A stretch of DNA of 64,000 nt from an uncultured Bacteroidota bacterium (GTDB taxonomy: Bacteria > Bacteroidota > Bacteroidia > 2-12-FULL-35-15), in contig CAINDA010000028.1 of the NCBI GenBank assembly GCA_903847205.1, positions 4,603 to 68,602 of the forward strand. The letters run 5' to 3'. The position numbers and the translations under genes were made by a program. Under the pieces are notes generated by a model. That model did no database searches and was not told the DNA's origin. It saw nothing but the letters and a program-made list of their open reading frames with translations. Shown piece after piece: positions 40,938-50,921 of the stretch. Numbering within the stretch: position 1 is the first letter of the stretch; each line of letters starts with the position of its first letter.

Positions 40938-41081
40938 ATTGTAAACTTGAATTTATTCTTTAGAAACCTTTGCATAATTAAACAGTTTTATCAAGAAAAT
41001 TAGAAGGTGTTTGATGAATCTTAAAAATAGAAAGAAATAATCCATTCACAATTCCGTTTATAATTTCATACTTTTGAGTAA

Positions 41082-42059
41082 ATGAATAAACTATTTTTCC
41101 TGTTTTTGTTTTTATTTTCATTAAATGCCGCTGCACAGGATAAAAATGCAGACAGATTGTTATTGCGCTTATACAGCGATACTTTAAAAATGTGCTCCAC
41201 TAAATTATACAGCGCAAAAACCGATCAGGATAAAAAGAAATATAACCAGCTGCTGCTTAACACTTTTGGAAGAGCCTTGAATGTTGATAATTCATTTGAC
41301 TATCCATTTGATTCATTAAATTTTGCTGAAATACTGCAGCCTCCGGATAAAACATTCAGAATAATAAATTGGAATGTTCCTTATGAGGACGGTACTCAAG
41401 AGTATTTTGGATTTATTCAGGAAAAATTTACTGTAGTAAAAAAGGGAGGCCTTTTCAAGACAGAAAAAAAGGAAACAATGCTGCTATTCCCTTTAATTGA
41501 CAAGTCAGCCGAAAATAATAATCCAGAAAATTCCATCAGCGATAATACAAAATGGTATGGTATGCTTTACAGTAAAATTATTGTAAAAAAAACGAAGAAT
41601 AAAACATATTATACCCTTCTGGCGTGGGACGGAAATGATAAGTTCACTAAGAAAAAAATTATTGATGTTCTTACATTTGATAAAAAGGGTATACCTCATT
41701 TCGGAGCAGCTATTTTTAATATGCAGAAAAAATTTCCCAAGAGGGTGATTTTTGAATGTGCGGCTTCTTGCTCAATGTCCTTAAGGTATAACTCCAAAAA
41801 GGATTCTATTGTATTCGATCACCTGGCGCCCGATCAGCCAGGGTTAGAAGGGCAGTTTCAATATTATTGCACCGATATGAGTTATGATGGTTTTGGTTTC
41901 AAACATGGCAAATGGAATTACGGTGTAGATTTGAATGCCGTAAATGATAAAGATGCAAATGATAAATATTATAATGACCCTCATAAAGCAAATGCTGCCG
42001 GGCGCGAAAGCAAAACAATTATTCCGGCAGCCAAAAAGAAAAAGAAAAAGAAAAAGTAG
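41082..42059 (+). CDS. Secreted hypothetical protein with a poly-lysine C-terminal tail
   Basis: Signal peptide MNKLFFLFLFLFSLNAAAQ. Ends AAKKKKKKKK, encoded by (aaaaag)4. Confidence 0.5.
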   Translation: MNKLFFLFLFLFSLNAAAQDKNADRLLLRLYSDTLKMCSTKLYSAKTDQDKKKYNQLLLNTFGRALNVDNSFDYPFDSLNFAEILQPPDKTFRIINWNVPYEDGTQEYFGFIQEKFTVVKKGGLFKTEKKETMLLFPLIDKSAENNNPENSISDNTKWYGMLYSKIIVKKTKNKTYYTLLAWDGNDKFTKKKIIDVLTFDKKGIPHFGAAIFNMQKKFPKRVIFECAASCSMSLRYNSKKDSIVFDHLAPDQPGLEGQFQYYCTDMSYDGFGFKHGKWNYGVDLNAVNDKDANDKYYNDPHKANAAGRESKTIIPAAKKKKKKKK

Positions 42060-42114
42060 CCTGCTTTAGAATGATGATTTTTTATACTTTATGTTTTAAG
42101 ACCTATTCTGGTTA

Positions 42115-43272
42115 CTAATAAAATGTTTCTCCCTTTTTAGCCATTGTTTTTAATAACACGCAGGGCCTGTATCGGTCTTCAGAATAGAGATTGTATAAAT
42201 TTTCGAGGATGTCTAATATATTCTGAAGCCCTAATTCATCTGCCCATTTCAATAATCCTTTTGGATAATTTACACCTTTGGTCATTGCCGTATCTATATC
42301 TTCTTTTGATGCCAGCTGAAGATAAAAGGCATCAACAGCTTCATTCATCAGCATTGCAACAACACGGTAAAAAATAGTTTTACCTAATTCTTCATTCTGC
42401 TTAGGCTTTGGCATCACAGAACCTTCGGCATAATTGTAATAACCTTGTCCAGACTTTCGTCCGAACCATTTTGCTTCGTATAAGCGTTTTTGTGTTAATG
42501 AAGGTTTGAAACGCGGCTCGTAAAAAAACTGCGTCCATACACTTTCTGTAACTTTATAATTTATATCGTTTCCAATAAAATCCATGAGTTCAAACGGTCC
42601 CATTTTAAAACCGCCGAATGTTTTCATTGCCCAGTCAATCGTTGCAAAATCTGCAATGCCTTCTTCATAAATGCGGATGGATTCCCCGTAGAATGAACGT
42701 GCAACGCGGTTAACAATAAAGCCTGGAGTATCTTTTGTAAGAACAGTTATTTTGCCCCAACTGTCAATCAACTTTTTTGAATTTACTGTAACCGCTTCAC
42801 CCGTTGTGAGCGCAGGAATAATCTCCACCAAAGGCATTAAAGGAACAGGATTAAAGAAATGAATGCCGATTACACGTGCAGCATTTTTGCATACAGAAGC
42901 AATTGAAGCAATTGATAATGAAGATGTGTTACTTGCTAATATGCAGTTTTCGGAAACAGTGGCTTCTAAATCAACAAACAGTTTTTGCTTTATTTCTAAA
43001 TTTTCAACTACTGCTTCAATAATTAAATCGCAGTTTTTAAATTGGTTTAAATCAGTGGCAAATTGTATTCTTCCGAAAATTTCTTTCGCAGCCTGCTCTG
43101 TGATTTTTTGTTTCTCAGATAATTTTTTTAAGGTGATTTCTAAATTGCCTTTTGCTTTATCAAGCGCTGCTTGATTCGTATCAAATACAATTACCTGATG
43201 CCCTGCAGTTGCTGCTACTTGAGCAATTCCTGCCCCCATTGCGCCAGATCCTATTATTCCTATCATAATCAA
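42115..43272 (-). CDS. 3-hydroxyacyl-CoA dehydrogenase (NAD-binding), PaaH/PaaC-like, with a C-terminal extension
   Basis: GIIGSGAMGAGIAQV Rossmann motif, 3HCDH N and C domains. Located in the paa cluster. Confidence 0.85.
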   Translation of the reverse strand: MIMIGIIGSGAMGAGIAQVAATAGHQVIVFDTNQAALDKAKGNLEITLKKLSEKQKITEQAAKEIFGRIQFATDLNQFKNCDLIIEAVVENLEIKQKLFVDLEATVSENCILASNTSSLSIASIASVCKNAARVIGIHFFNPVPLMPLVEIIPALTTGEAVTVNSKKLIDSWGKITVLTKDTPGFIVNRVARSFYGESIRIYEEGIADFATIDWAMKTFGGFKMGPFELMDFIGNDINYKVTESVWTQFFYEPRFKPSLTQKRLYEAKWFGRKSGQGYYNYAEGSVMPKPKQNEELGKTIFYRVVAMLMNEAVDAFYLQLASKEDIDTAMTKGVNYPKGLLKWADELGLQNILDILENLYNLYSEDRYRPCVLLKTMAKKGETFY

Positions 43273-43371
43273 ATACTAATCTCCCGGAAAGGGAATGATG
43301 GTTTTAATTAATAAATTTTGCATAAACTATTACATCCTGAATATCCCTCTTCCTAAGAGAAGTGAGGAATT

Positions 43372-44151
43372 CTACTCTCCTTTAAAAACAGGTTTTCTCT
43401 TTTCAAAAAAAGCACTCACGCCTTCATTGTAATCGTAAGTCTGCGCTGCGCGCACCTGCATATCAGCTTCACATTCCAGCTGCTCGCTTAACGTATTATT
43501 CAATGAATTGTTTAACATGCGTTTGGTAAAACCTAAAGCTTTGGTTGGCAGGTCTGCAAGTGTTTTTGCAATGACCATTGCTTCAGTGTGGAGCATATCA
43601 TCGGCAGCTGTTTTATAAATCATACCCATTTTTTCAGCATCAGCTGCGGAAACTTTATCACCTAACATCATCAATGCAGAAGCCTTTCCAAAGCCCACCA
43701 GACGGGGGAGAAAGAAGCTTCCGCCGTTATCGGGAACGAGACCTATTTTACTAAATGCTTGAATGAAAGCGACTGAGCTGGCTGCAATTACAATGTCACA
43801 TGCTAAAGCTATGTTTGCTCCAGCTCCGGCAGCAACTCCGTTAACGGCGCAGATAACGGGTTTTTCGATGGCACGTATTTTTAGAACAATCGGATTGTAA
43901 TGCTCACGGACAATGCGTTCAATGCCTGGGCCGCTTTTATCTAAAGCTTCAGATAAATCCTGCCCAGCACAAAATGCTTTTCCTTCACCCGTAAGATAAA
44001 CAGCGCGGATTGTTTTATCCGAGGCGGCTCTGTCTAATGCATCCTGAAGCAGCAATGCCATTTCGCGGTTAAAGCTGTTGAATTTATCAGGGCGGTTAAG
44101 CGTAATTTTTAAAACGCTTCCATCAGTTTCTGTTTTAATAAATGCTGACAT
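43372..44151 (-). CDS. Enoyl-CoA hydratase/isomerase (crotonase) family, PaaG/PaaF-like
   Basis: 259 aa. An oxyanion-hole AFCAGQDL motif. Paa-cluster context. Confidence 0.85.
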   Translation of the reverse strand: MSAFIKTETDGSVLKITLNRPDKFNSFNREMALLLQDALDRAASDKTIRAVYLTGEGKAFCAGQDLSEALDKSGPGIERIVREHYNPIVLKIRAIEKPVICAVNGVAAGAGANIALACDIVIAASSVAFIQAFSKIGLVPDNGGSFFLPRLVGFGKASALMMLGDKVSAADAEKMGMIYKTAADDMLHTEAMVIAKTLADLPTKALGFTKRMLNNSLNNTLSEQLECEADMQVRAAQTYDYNEGVSAFFEKRKPVFKGE

Positions 44152-44247
44152 AATTTATGGATTGATTTGGATTCAAATATAATCTTTTGGGAACAAAGCC
44201 AAATGTACAAACTTTGTAATTCATCTATGAATGAGAACAATTATTCA

Positions 44248-44739
44248 TCAAATACATTTAAAATAATCGAAAGGTTCTTTGCAGTCCAGACAGCGGTATA
44301 AGGCTTTACAAGCTGTGGAACCGAACTGCGAAATCATTTCTGTGTTTTTTGATCCGCACTGAGGGCATTTTAATTCGCGGGATTTTCCCATCAATACTCC
44401 TTTATCAATGGAGCTGTGATCTGGAGGTGCGATACCGTATGCACGCAGTTTTTCTTTTGCCGCATCGCTTATCCAGTCAGTTGTCCAGGCGGGTGAATAA
44501 ACTAATTCAATTTTTACATTGGTTATTCCGATTTCTTTGAGTTTGATTTTAATATCATCTTCAATTACTTTCATTGCCGGGCAGCCACTGTAAGTAGGCG
44601 TAATTACAATGGTACAAAGAGAGCCGTCCCATTTTACATCCTGCAGAATGCCTAATTCAATAATATTTATGACAGGTATTTCCGGGTCAGGAATTTCAGA
44701 AAGAAGATTGAATATTTGATCTTTGGTATGTAAGGCCAT
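44248..44739 (-). CDS. paaD: Phenylacetate-CoA oxygenase subunit PaaD (PaaJ in the older nomenclature)
   Basis: 163 aa. N-terminal SUF/Mrp-like domain and a C-terminal CPQCGS..C..C zinc ribbon. Follows paaC. Confidence 0.8.
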   Translation of the reverse strand: MALHTKDQIFNLLSEIPDPEIPVINIIELGILQDVKWDGSLCTIVITPTYSGCPAMKVIEDDIKIKLKEIGITNVKIELVYSPAWTTDWISDAAKEKLRAYGIAPPDHSSIDKGVLMGKSRELKCPQCGSKNTEMISQFGSTACKALYRCLDCKEPFDYFKCI

Positions 44740-44902
44740 TTGTAAATATATCTTAACCCAATTTTAATATTACTATTTTCAGACAGAGCCTGAAATGCTT
44801 AGTTTCGCTTTGTTAAAGCAAGACCTGTCAGGTTTTTAAAACCTGACAGGTCTATTACCCAAAAAAATATTTCTATTCTTTACAAACTGGCTTTTGCCGA
44901 TT

Positions 44903-45661
44903 TTACCAATTGGCATTAGGATAAGATCTTGGTATATACTGCATTTCGGCGAGCAGAAAACCTAAATGTTCACTGTGTCTGCCTTCTCTGCTGCCTTTTT
45001 GTTTAATGTTAGCGGCGGGAATCTCCAGCTTCGCTTCAGAAATTACTTCTCTCACACGTTTTTCCCAGGCTTCTTTTACTTTATTTAAATCAACAGCAAT
45101 GCCTTCATTAATCAATATTGCATCAACTTCATTCATATCAAATAAATCAGGAGTATACATCCACAAATCATTTAGTGCAGTCTGCATCCTCTTATGACTT
45201 TCTTCTGTACCATCGCCTAAGCGGTACATCCATTCGGTTGTGTGACGCAGGTGATAGGTAATTTCTTTATGTGATTTAACTGCAATGGCGGCAATGGTTT
45301 CATCCTTGCTTGTTTTTAATTCTTCGTATAAAAAGAAAGTATAAACATCATATAAGAACTGGCGGGCAATGGTAACAGCATAATCGCCGTTAGGCTGCTC
45401 TGTTAATAATAAATTGCGGTATTCCCGTTCGCTGCGTAAATACGCCAAATCATCTTCTGTACGGCCTTTCCCTTCCACCTGTGCAGCATAAGTTAATAGT
45501 GCTGATGCGTTGCCGACAAAATCCAAAGCGATATTTATCAATGCAATATCTTCTTCCAGAATGGGGCCGTGTCCGCACCATTCAGAAAGCCGGTGGCCTA
45601 TTATCAAACTGCTATCGCCTAAGCGGAGAAGGTATTCAAATTTTGCTTCTTGTAAATTCAT
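44903..45661 (-). CDS. paaC: 1,2-phenylacetyl-CoA epoxidase subunit PaaC
   Basis: 252 aa with a ferritin-like fold. Gene order paaB-paaC-paaD. Confidence 0.8.
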   Translation of the reverse strand: MNLQEAKFEYLLRLGDSSLIIGHRLSEWCGHGPILEEDIALINIALDFVGNASALLTYAAQVEGKGRTEDDLAYLRSEREYRNLLLTEQPNGDYAVTIARQFLYDVYTFFLYEELKTSKDETIAAIAVKSHKEITYHLRHTTEWMYRLGDGTEESHKRMQTALNDLWMYTPDLFDMNEVDAILINEGIAVDLNKVKEAWEKRVREVISEAKLEIPAANIKQKGSREGRHSEHLGFLLAEMQYIPRSYPNANW

Positions 45662-45752
45662 TTTTTTAAAGTATTATGTATTTAGTATTATGTATTATGA
45701 ACCGGGTATTCTATTATCTTAATACTCCGTACTTAGTACTTAATACTTTCAA

Positions 45753-46040
45753 CTATAAATATTTCACCCCTTCCGGGATTTTATAAAATGTCGGGTGGCG
45801 GTAAGGTTTATCATTTGCCGGTTCAAAAAATGCACCCTGATCTTCGGGGCTTGATGCCGATATTGCTGCAGCAGGAACTACCCAGATGCTTATTCCTTCG
45901 CTTCTGCGCGTATATACATCGCGTGCATTCTGCATTGCCATTTCCGCATCAGGAGCATGAACGCTTCCTACATGTTTGTGCGGTATTCCGGGATTCCCTT
46001 GTACAAATACTTCCCATAAAGGCCATTGTGTATCACTCAT
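45753..46040 (-). CDS. paaB: 1,2-phenylacetyl-CoA epoxidase subunit PaaB
   Basis: 95 aa. Conserved WPLWEVF..HVGSVHA..A motif. Confidence 0.85.
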   Translation of the reverse strand: MSDTQWPLWEVFVQGNPGIPHKHVGSVHAPDAEMAMQNARDVYTRRSEGISIWVVPAAAISASSPEDQGAFFEPANDKPYRHPTFYKIPEGVKYL

Positions 46041-46092
46041 AATTAAACTTTTTTAATAATTATTTTTGAAGATTATATATGTTTTGTATGTT

Positions 46093-46707
46093 TTATTTTA
46101 TTTCATTTTGCTTCATCATCGAAGCAATTATTTTTTCATTGTCATGACTGCTTTTTTCAAATGCCGAAATTATCCGCTGCTTTTCAGTTTCTTTTTTGTC
46201 CTGGCTTAATTTTTTCGTTGCTTGAATATCGGTTATTGTAATTTGAAATGCCGTAATTCCTTTTAACATTTTTGTTTTATAATCCATTGGAAGTTTATCC
46301 CATTGAGTTTTGTATTCTTTTTCAAAATTGTTAATCATACTTTCCAAAACAGCAAATGATTCTTTTTGTTCAGTAATTATTCTCCCTTTCCCGTAAACAT
46401 GCACTGCCATGTAATTCCAGGTGGGAACATTTATTTCGCTGTCGTAGTATTGGGGAGAAATATAGGCATGGGGCTCTGTGAAAACTACTAATACATTATT
46501 GTTTGTTATCTGCTTCCACTGCGGATTAGCTTTTGCAAAATGCGAAGTCAAAATAATTTCGTTTTCAGTTTCTGTAACAACAAAAGGTAAATGCGATGCA
46601 GTTTGAAAATTATCTTTTACTGTTATAATTGATGCAAAGCTGTATGTCCTGATGAAATTTAAAATTTCTTTTTTATCCGCTGCTAAATAATCTTTAGGAA
46701 TATACAT
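46093..46707 (-). CDS. PaiB-family FMN-binding putative transcriptional regulator
   Basis: MYIPKDY...EILNFIR..SFA.IIT.......ASHLPF closely matches the B. subtilis PaiB N-terminus. Confidence 0.75.
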   Translation of the reverse strand: MYIPKDYLAADKKEILNFIRTYSFASIITVKDNFQTASHLPFVVTETENEIILTSHFAKANPQWKQITNNNVLVVFTEPHAYISPQYYDSEINVPTWNYMAVHVYGKGRIITEQKESFAVLESMINNFEKEYKTQWDKLPMDYKTKMLKGITAFQITITDIQATKKLSQDKKETEKQRIISAFEKSSHDNEKIIASMMKQNEIK

Positions 46708-46808
46708 TACCAGATAATTTTTATTTTTTTAATTGTTAAACCGTAGTATAAACAGTCTTATTCTTGAATGATAAAAGATAATTATAAAATCGAAAAAAAA
46801 TTTTGATT

Positions 46809-47375
46809 CTAATTTTCCGCCAATGGTTTTGCGGGCAGATTAATTTCAAATGCTTCCCATTTGTGTGCCCCTCCATTCCAGAAATATTGGATCGATTTTC
46901 CGCCGTTGGTATCATAAACTAAATAATATCCTTTGCCGTCATTTGAATCGTAATAACTTTTCATCATAACTTCTCCTGTTGCGCCCGGCAGAGGGGTTTC
47001 AGGTAAGTTAATTTCGAATGCATCATATTTATGAGCACCGCCGTTCCAGGAATACTGGATAGATTTTCCAGTTTTTGTATCCCAGGCTATGTAATATGAT
47101 TTACCGTCGTTGTGATCAAAATATACATCAAACATTATATTACCCAGCGCCCCTGCAACTGGTTTTTCCGGAATATTAATTTTAAAAGATTCCCATTTGT
47201 GTTCGCCGCCGTTCCAGCTGTATTGAATCGACTTTCCTGTTTTAATATCCCATGAAATGTAATAGGCTTTTTTATCGTTGATATCATAAAAGGATGTCAT
47301 CCGGATATTATTTTGGGCTTTAATGCAGGTGCTGCTGAGAATGATGAAGAATAATATAAGTTTTAAAATTTTCAT
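46809..47375 (-). CDS. Secreted hypothetical protein made of three tandem ~58-aa repeats
   Basis: Signal peptide. Three repeats of YY(I/L).(W/Y)D.KTGKSIQY.WNGG.HKW..F.INLPE.P. Confidence 0.55.
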   Translation of the reverse strand: MKILKLILFFIILSSTCIKAQNNIRMTSFYDINDKKAYYISWDIKTGKSIQYSWNGGEHKWESFKINIPEKPVAGALGNIMFDVYFDHNDGKSYYIAWDTKTGKSIQYSWNGGAHKYDAFEINLPETPLPGATGEVMMKSYYDSNDGKGYYLVYDTNGGKSIQYFWNGGAHKWEAFEINLPAKPLAEN

Positions 47376-47428
47376 ATTTAATTTGTTTTTTGTGATTTAT
47401 TATAAAAGAATTTATAATACGTCTTCTC

Positions 47429-48370
47429 TTATGCCATAGCTTTTTCCTTTGCCTGCTTTGCTGCATACGCAGTTGCAGCCTCGCGCACCCATTGTCCCTT
47501 TTTGTCGGCTTCTACTCGTGCTTTCAGTCTTATTGCATTGCATACTCCATTGCCTTTGATGACTTCAAAAAATTCTTCCCAGTTAATTGGGCCGTGTTCA
47601 TAGTGGCCGGTCTTCTCATTAAATTTCATTGCAGGATCAGGTACTTTAAGTCCGATGAAATCAGCCTGCGGAACAGTGCGGTCAATAAAGCGTTCCCGGA
47701 TTGCATCATTGCTTTCCATCTTCACTTTCCATCGCATCAGCTGTTCACTGTTCGGCGATTGATCGTCGCTTGGACCGAGCATCATTATAGAAGGCCACCA
47801 CCAGCGGTTAAACGCATCCTGAGCCATTTCTTTCTGCTCTGGCGTACCTTGTGCAAGGTGCATCATTATTTCATATCCCTGACGGTTGTGAAAACTTTCT
47901 TCTTTGCAGATACGCACCATTGCACGGGAGTAGGGGCCGTAAGAACCGCGTGCCAATGCAGTCTGGTTCATTATGGCTGCGCCGTCCACTAACCAGCCTA
48001 TTGCGCCGATATCAGCCCATGTAAGAGTCGGATAATTAAAAATGCTTGAATATTTTGCCTTGCCGGAATGCAATTGTTCTAACAGCTCTTTGCGGTCAAT
48101 ACCAAGGGTTTCAGCAGCACTGTATAAGTACAAACCATGCCCGCCTTCATCCTGAACCTTTGCCAATAAAATTGCTTTTCTGCGAAGGCTTGGAGCACGT
48201 GTAATCCAATTGCCTTCGGGAAGCATCCCTACAATTTCTGAATGAGCGTGCTGACTCATCATTCTAATCAATTGTTTGCGGTATGCTTCGGGCATCCAAT
48301 CTTTGGGTTCTATTTTCTGACCTGCAGCAATTTTTGCTTCAAATTGTTCCAGCTGTTTCGACTCTTCCAT
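47429..48370 (-). CDS. paaA: 1,2-phenylacetyl-CoA epoxidase catalytic subunit PaaA
   Basis: 313 aa. Di-iron ferritin-like ligand motifs (..E..GH.. x2). Confidence 0.85.
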   Translation of the reverse strand: MEESKQLEQFEAKIAAGQKIEPKDWMPEAYRKQLIRMMSQHAHSEIVGMLPEGNWITRAPSLRRKAILLAKVQDEGGHGLYLYSAAETLGIDRKELLEQLHSGKAKYSSIFNYPTLTWADIGAIGWLVDGAAIMNQTALARGSYGPYSRAMVRICKEESFHNRQGYEIMMHLAQGTPEQKEMAQDAFNRWWWPSIMMLGPSDDQSPNSEQLMRWKVKMESNDAIRERFIDRTVPQADFIGLKVPDPAMKFNEKTGHYEHGPINWEEFFEVIKGNGVCNAIRLKARVEADKKGQWVREAATAYAAKQAKEKAMA

Positions 48371-48473
48371 TGGCTCTTGATTTTCTTCTGCAATTAAGTT
48401 TTAAAAATAGTTATAAAAATAGGGTTTTTATCCGCAATTACAAATTACATTTGGATATCAAAAAATATTTTAA

Positions 48474-50771
48474 ATGAAAAGTATTAGAAAAATATACTGC
48501 CTCTGTTTTTTTAATACAGCTGTATTGATGATTATCAACGGCGCAGCAACAGCTCAAATTAAAAACTTGCTTGTAAACAGTTACGATAATATTGTAAAAC
48601 TGAACTTCGAAACAGCATCTCCTTCTCTCACTTATACCGGCATTAATCATGGGTTTGAAGCTGTTTCTCATGCTGAAGACGGCTTAGGAAATATTTTATT
48701 TTTTGTGAATGCTGATGGAGTGTATAATGCTCATAATGTTTTAATGCCCGGCTCCGGAAAAATTTATGCGAATTCATCTGCCACTGAAATCGATATCTGC
48801 CCCTTTCCGGATAATCCGAATAAATTTTATATTTTTTATAATGCTGAACTCTGTTCCAGCTTATACTACAGCGTGGTTGATATGAAATTAGATCATGGAC
48901 TCGGCGATGTGGTGAGCTTAAATACTGAAATAGATTCAGCAAATGTTTCAGAAGGACTTGAAGTTATTAAACGCCCCTGCCGCAATAGTTATTGGCTGCT
49001 GGCCTATGTGTGTGATATAGGTTTTAAGAGATATTTAATTGATGAAAAAGGTGTTTCTGAAGGAACAATTATTTATGATTATTCCGGTCCGGAAATTTTT
49101 GTGGGACGCGGTGAACTGGATTATAACAATGGCAGAATGGGAATGTCGTTTGCTAACAGCCCCATCTCTACTGCCTTTGTATGTGATTTTGATGCGTCTT
49201 CAGGAATTATTACTAATCCTAAAACAATCATCCTGCCTGATGGAGGGCAAGGGCTTTACGGAATGGAATTTTCGCCTGACGGATCAAAAGCATACATGTC
49301 TAACTGGTATGAAAACAAAAAAGATAATTTATTTCAGTATGATTTTGCGACAGAAAAAATCAATTCATTTTTTATTACTTCAACACCTGCCGATAAAATT
49401 GAAGCTGTAACAGGGCCGGGACAGATTGAATTAGGTACTGATGGGAAATTATATATCCCGTTTGATAAGGGAAATCAAATTACTGTTGTAAGTAATCCGA
49501 ATTCCCTGACTCCGGAGTTTTCGAAAATTACTACTACTTCTAAATTAGCTTTAGGGGTTTCTGACCATATTCAATCGGAAATGTATAAGACACAGAATAA
49601 TTTTACATTCAGCCATGTTTGCCTAGGTGAAACAACTAATTTTATTTCTAAAGCTTCTGAATGTTCTGATCATCTTCCAAAAGTAATATGGAATTTCGGC
49701 GATAATGCCAGCGGAAAGAAAAACACTTCAACAGCTTTAAGCCCTTCTCATTATTACGCTTCAGCTGGTGATTATAAAGTAAATTTGTATTTAACAGATT
49801 CAATCGGCACCGATACTATTTCTCATATTGTTTCAATCTCAGCACATCCAAAAGTAAATCTTGGAAATGACACATCCATATGCAAAGGGATGACAATTGT
49901 ATTAAATCCGCACACAGCGGCTTCCAGTTTCAGCTGGTCCACTTCTGAATACCAGCCGAAAATTAAAGTTTATGATGCAGGAAAGTATTGGGTAAATGCT
50001 GCTAATAAAGGATGTTCAAGCTCCGATACAATCCTGATTAAAGCAAGACCGTTACCTGTTGTTAATATCGGACCGGATTTATATCTCTGCGATAGTCTGC
50101 CGCAGACATTAGATGCAGGGCCGGATTTTAAATCATATATATGGTCAACTGGAGAAAAAACTCAGAGCATAAACGCTCCCGGGATTAAATACTGGGTTTC
50201 GGTTTCAAATGGGCTGTGCTGGGCTTCCGACAGCATTGAAATAACATATCAGGCGGTGCCAAAGGTATATCTGGGGAAAGATATTATCCTTTGCGGAAAT
50301 GATTCGGCAGTATTGAATGCAGGTAATATAGGTGCTGAATTTTTGTGGTCAACAGGCGATACTTCCCGTATTATAAAAGTGAATAGAACCGGAACATATT
50401 ATGTTACTGCAAACAACGGCTTATGCACTTTTTCAGATACCGTAAATGTGATTAACCGCGGTTTTATTCCAGTAATTAAAGTTCCGAATAAATTTAAAAT
50501 CGACAGCAGCAACGTTAATCCTTCATTAAAAATTATCACTGAAAATTTAAAATACTTTCATATTAAAATACTTAACACCGCAGGTAAATTGGTGTATGAA
50601 TCACTCGACTTGGCAAAAGGCTGGAATGGTAAAACGCTTGATTCAAAGAAAGCCGCAGACGGCATCTATCATTATACAATTGAATACAATACTCCTTGTA
50701 AAGATGAGAAAGAGATAAAGAAAGGCGTGTTTACTTTAGCGAGAGAAGTGATTGAAAATCAAAAAAAATAA
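48474..50771 (+). CDS. T9SS type-B (CHU_C / gliding-motility-associated C-terminal) sorting-domain protein with a PKD domain
   Basis: Signal peptide. PKD-like WNFGD..S....SHYY..G.Y.V.L. Repeated LG.D..(I/L)C Ig-like modules. C-terminal IPN.F....NVNP.L.I..E.L.Y....I.N..G.LVYES.D..KGWNG......A.DG.Y.Y. Confidence 0.75.
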   Translation: MKSIRKIYCLCFFNTAVLMIINGAATAQIKNLLVNSYDNIVKLNFETASPSLTYTGINHGFEAVSHAEDGLGNILFFVNADGVYNAHNVLMPGSGKIYANSSATEIDICPFPDNPNKFYIFYNAELCSSLYYSVVDMKLDHGLGDVVSLNTEIDSANVSEGLEVIKRPCRNSYWLLAYVCDIGFKRYLIDEKGVSEGTIIYDYSGPEIFVGRGELDYNNGRMGMSFANSPISTAFVCDFDASSGIITNPKTIILPDGGQGLYGMEFSPDGSKAYMSNWYENKKDNLFQYDFATEKINSFFITSTPADKIEAVTGPGQIELGTDGKLYIPFDKGNQITVVSNPNSLTPEFSKITTTSKLALGVSDHIQSEMYKTQNNFTFSHVCLGETTNFISKASECSDHLPKVIWNFGDNASGKKNTSTALSPSHYYASAGDYKVNLYLTDSIGTDTISHIVSISAHPKVNLGNDTSICKGMTIVLNPHTAASSFSWSTSEYQPKIKVYDAGKYWVNAANKGCSSSDTILIKARPLPVVNIGPDLYLCDSLPQTLDAGPDFKSYIWSTGEKTQSINAPGIKYWVSVSNGLCWASDSIEITYQAVPKVYLGKDIILCGNDSAVLNAGNIGAEFLWSTGDTSRIIKVNRTGTYYVTANNGLCTFSDTVNVINRGFIPVIKVPNKFKIDSSNVNPSLKIITENLKYFHIKILNTAGKLVYESLDLAKGWNGKTLDSKKAADGIYHYTIEYNTPCKDEKEIKKGVFTLAREVIENQKK

Positions 50772-50802
50772 AAATAGTTTTGAGGTCTGTTTTAATATTT
50801 TC

Positions 50803-50893
50803 CGATAAAGCTGCCCGCATATTTCGACCGGCTCAATATGACAGCACGCGGTCAGTCTGAGCTTGTCGAAGACTGTGCGTTGGAGACAGCAAT
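50803..50893. repeat. Dispersed intergenic repeat family 2, copy A (modules in M2-M1 order)
   Basis: aagctgcccgcatatttcgaccggctcaatatgacagcacgc + ggtcagtctgagcttgtcgaagactgtgcgt. The matching copy is at 61541-61618. Confidence 0.7.
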
Positions 50894-50921
50894 GTTTTTT
50901 TATAAAATCTAAACAGACTCC

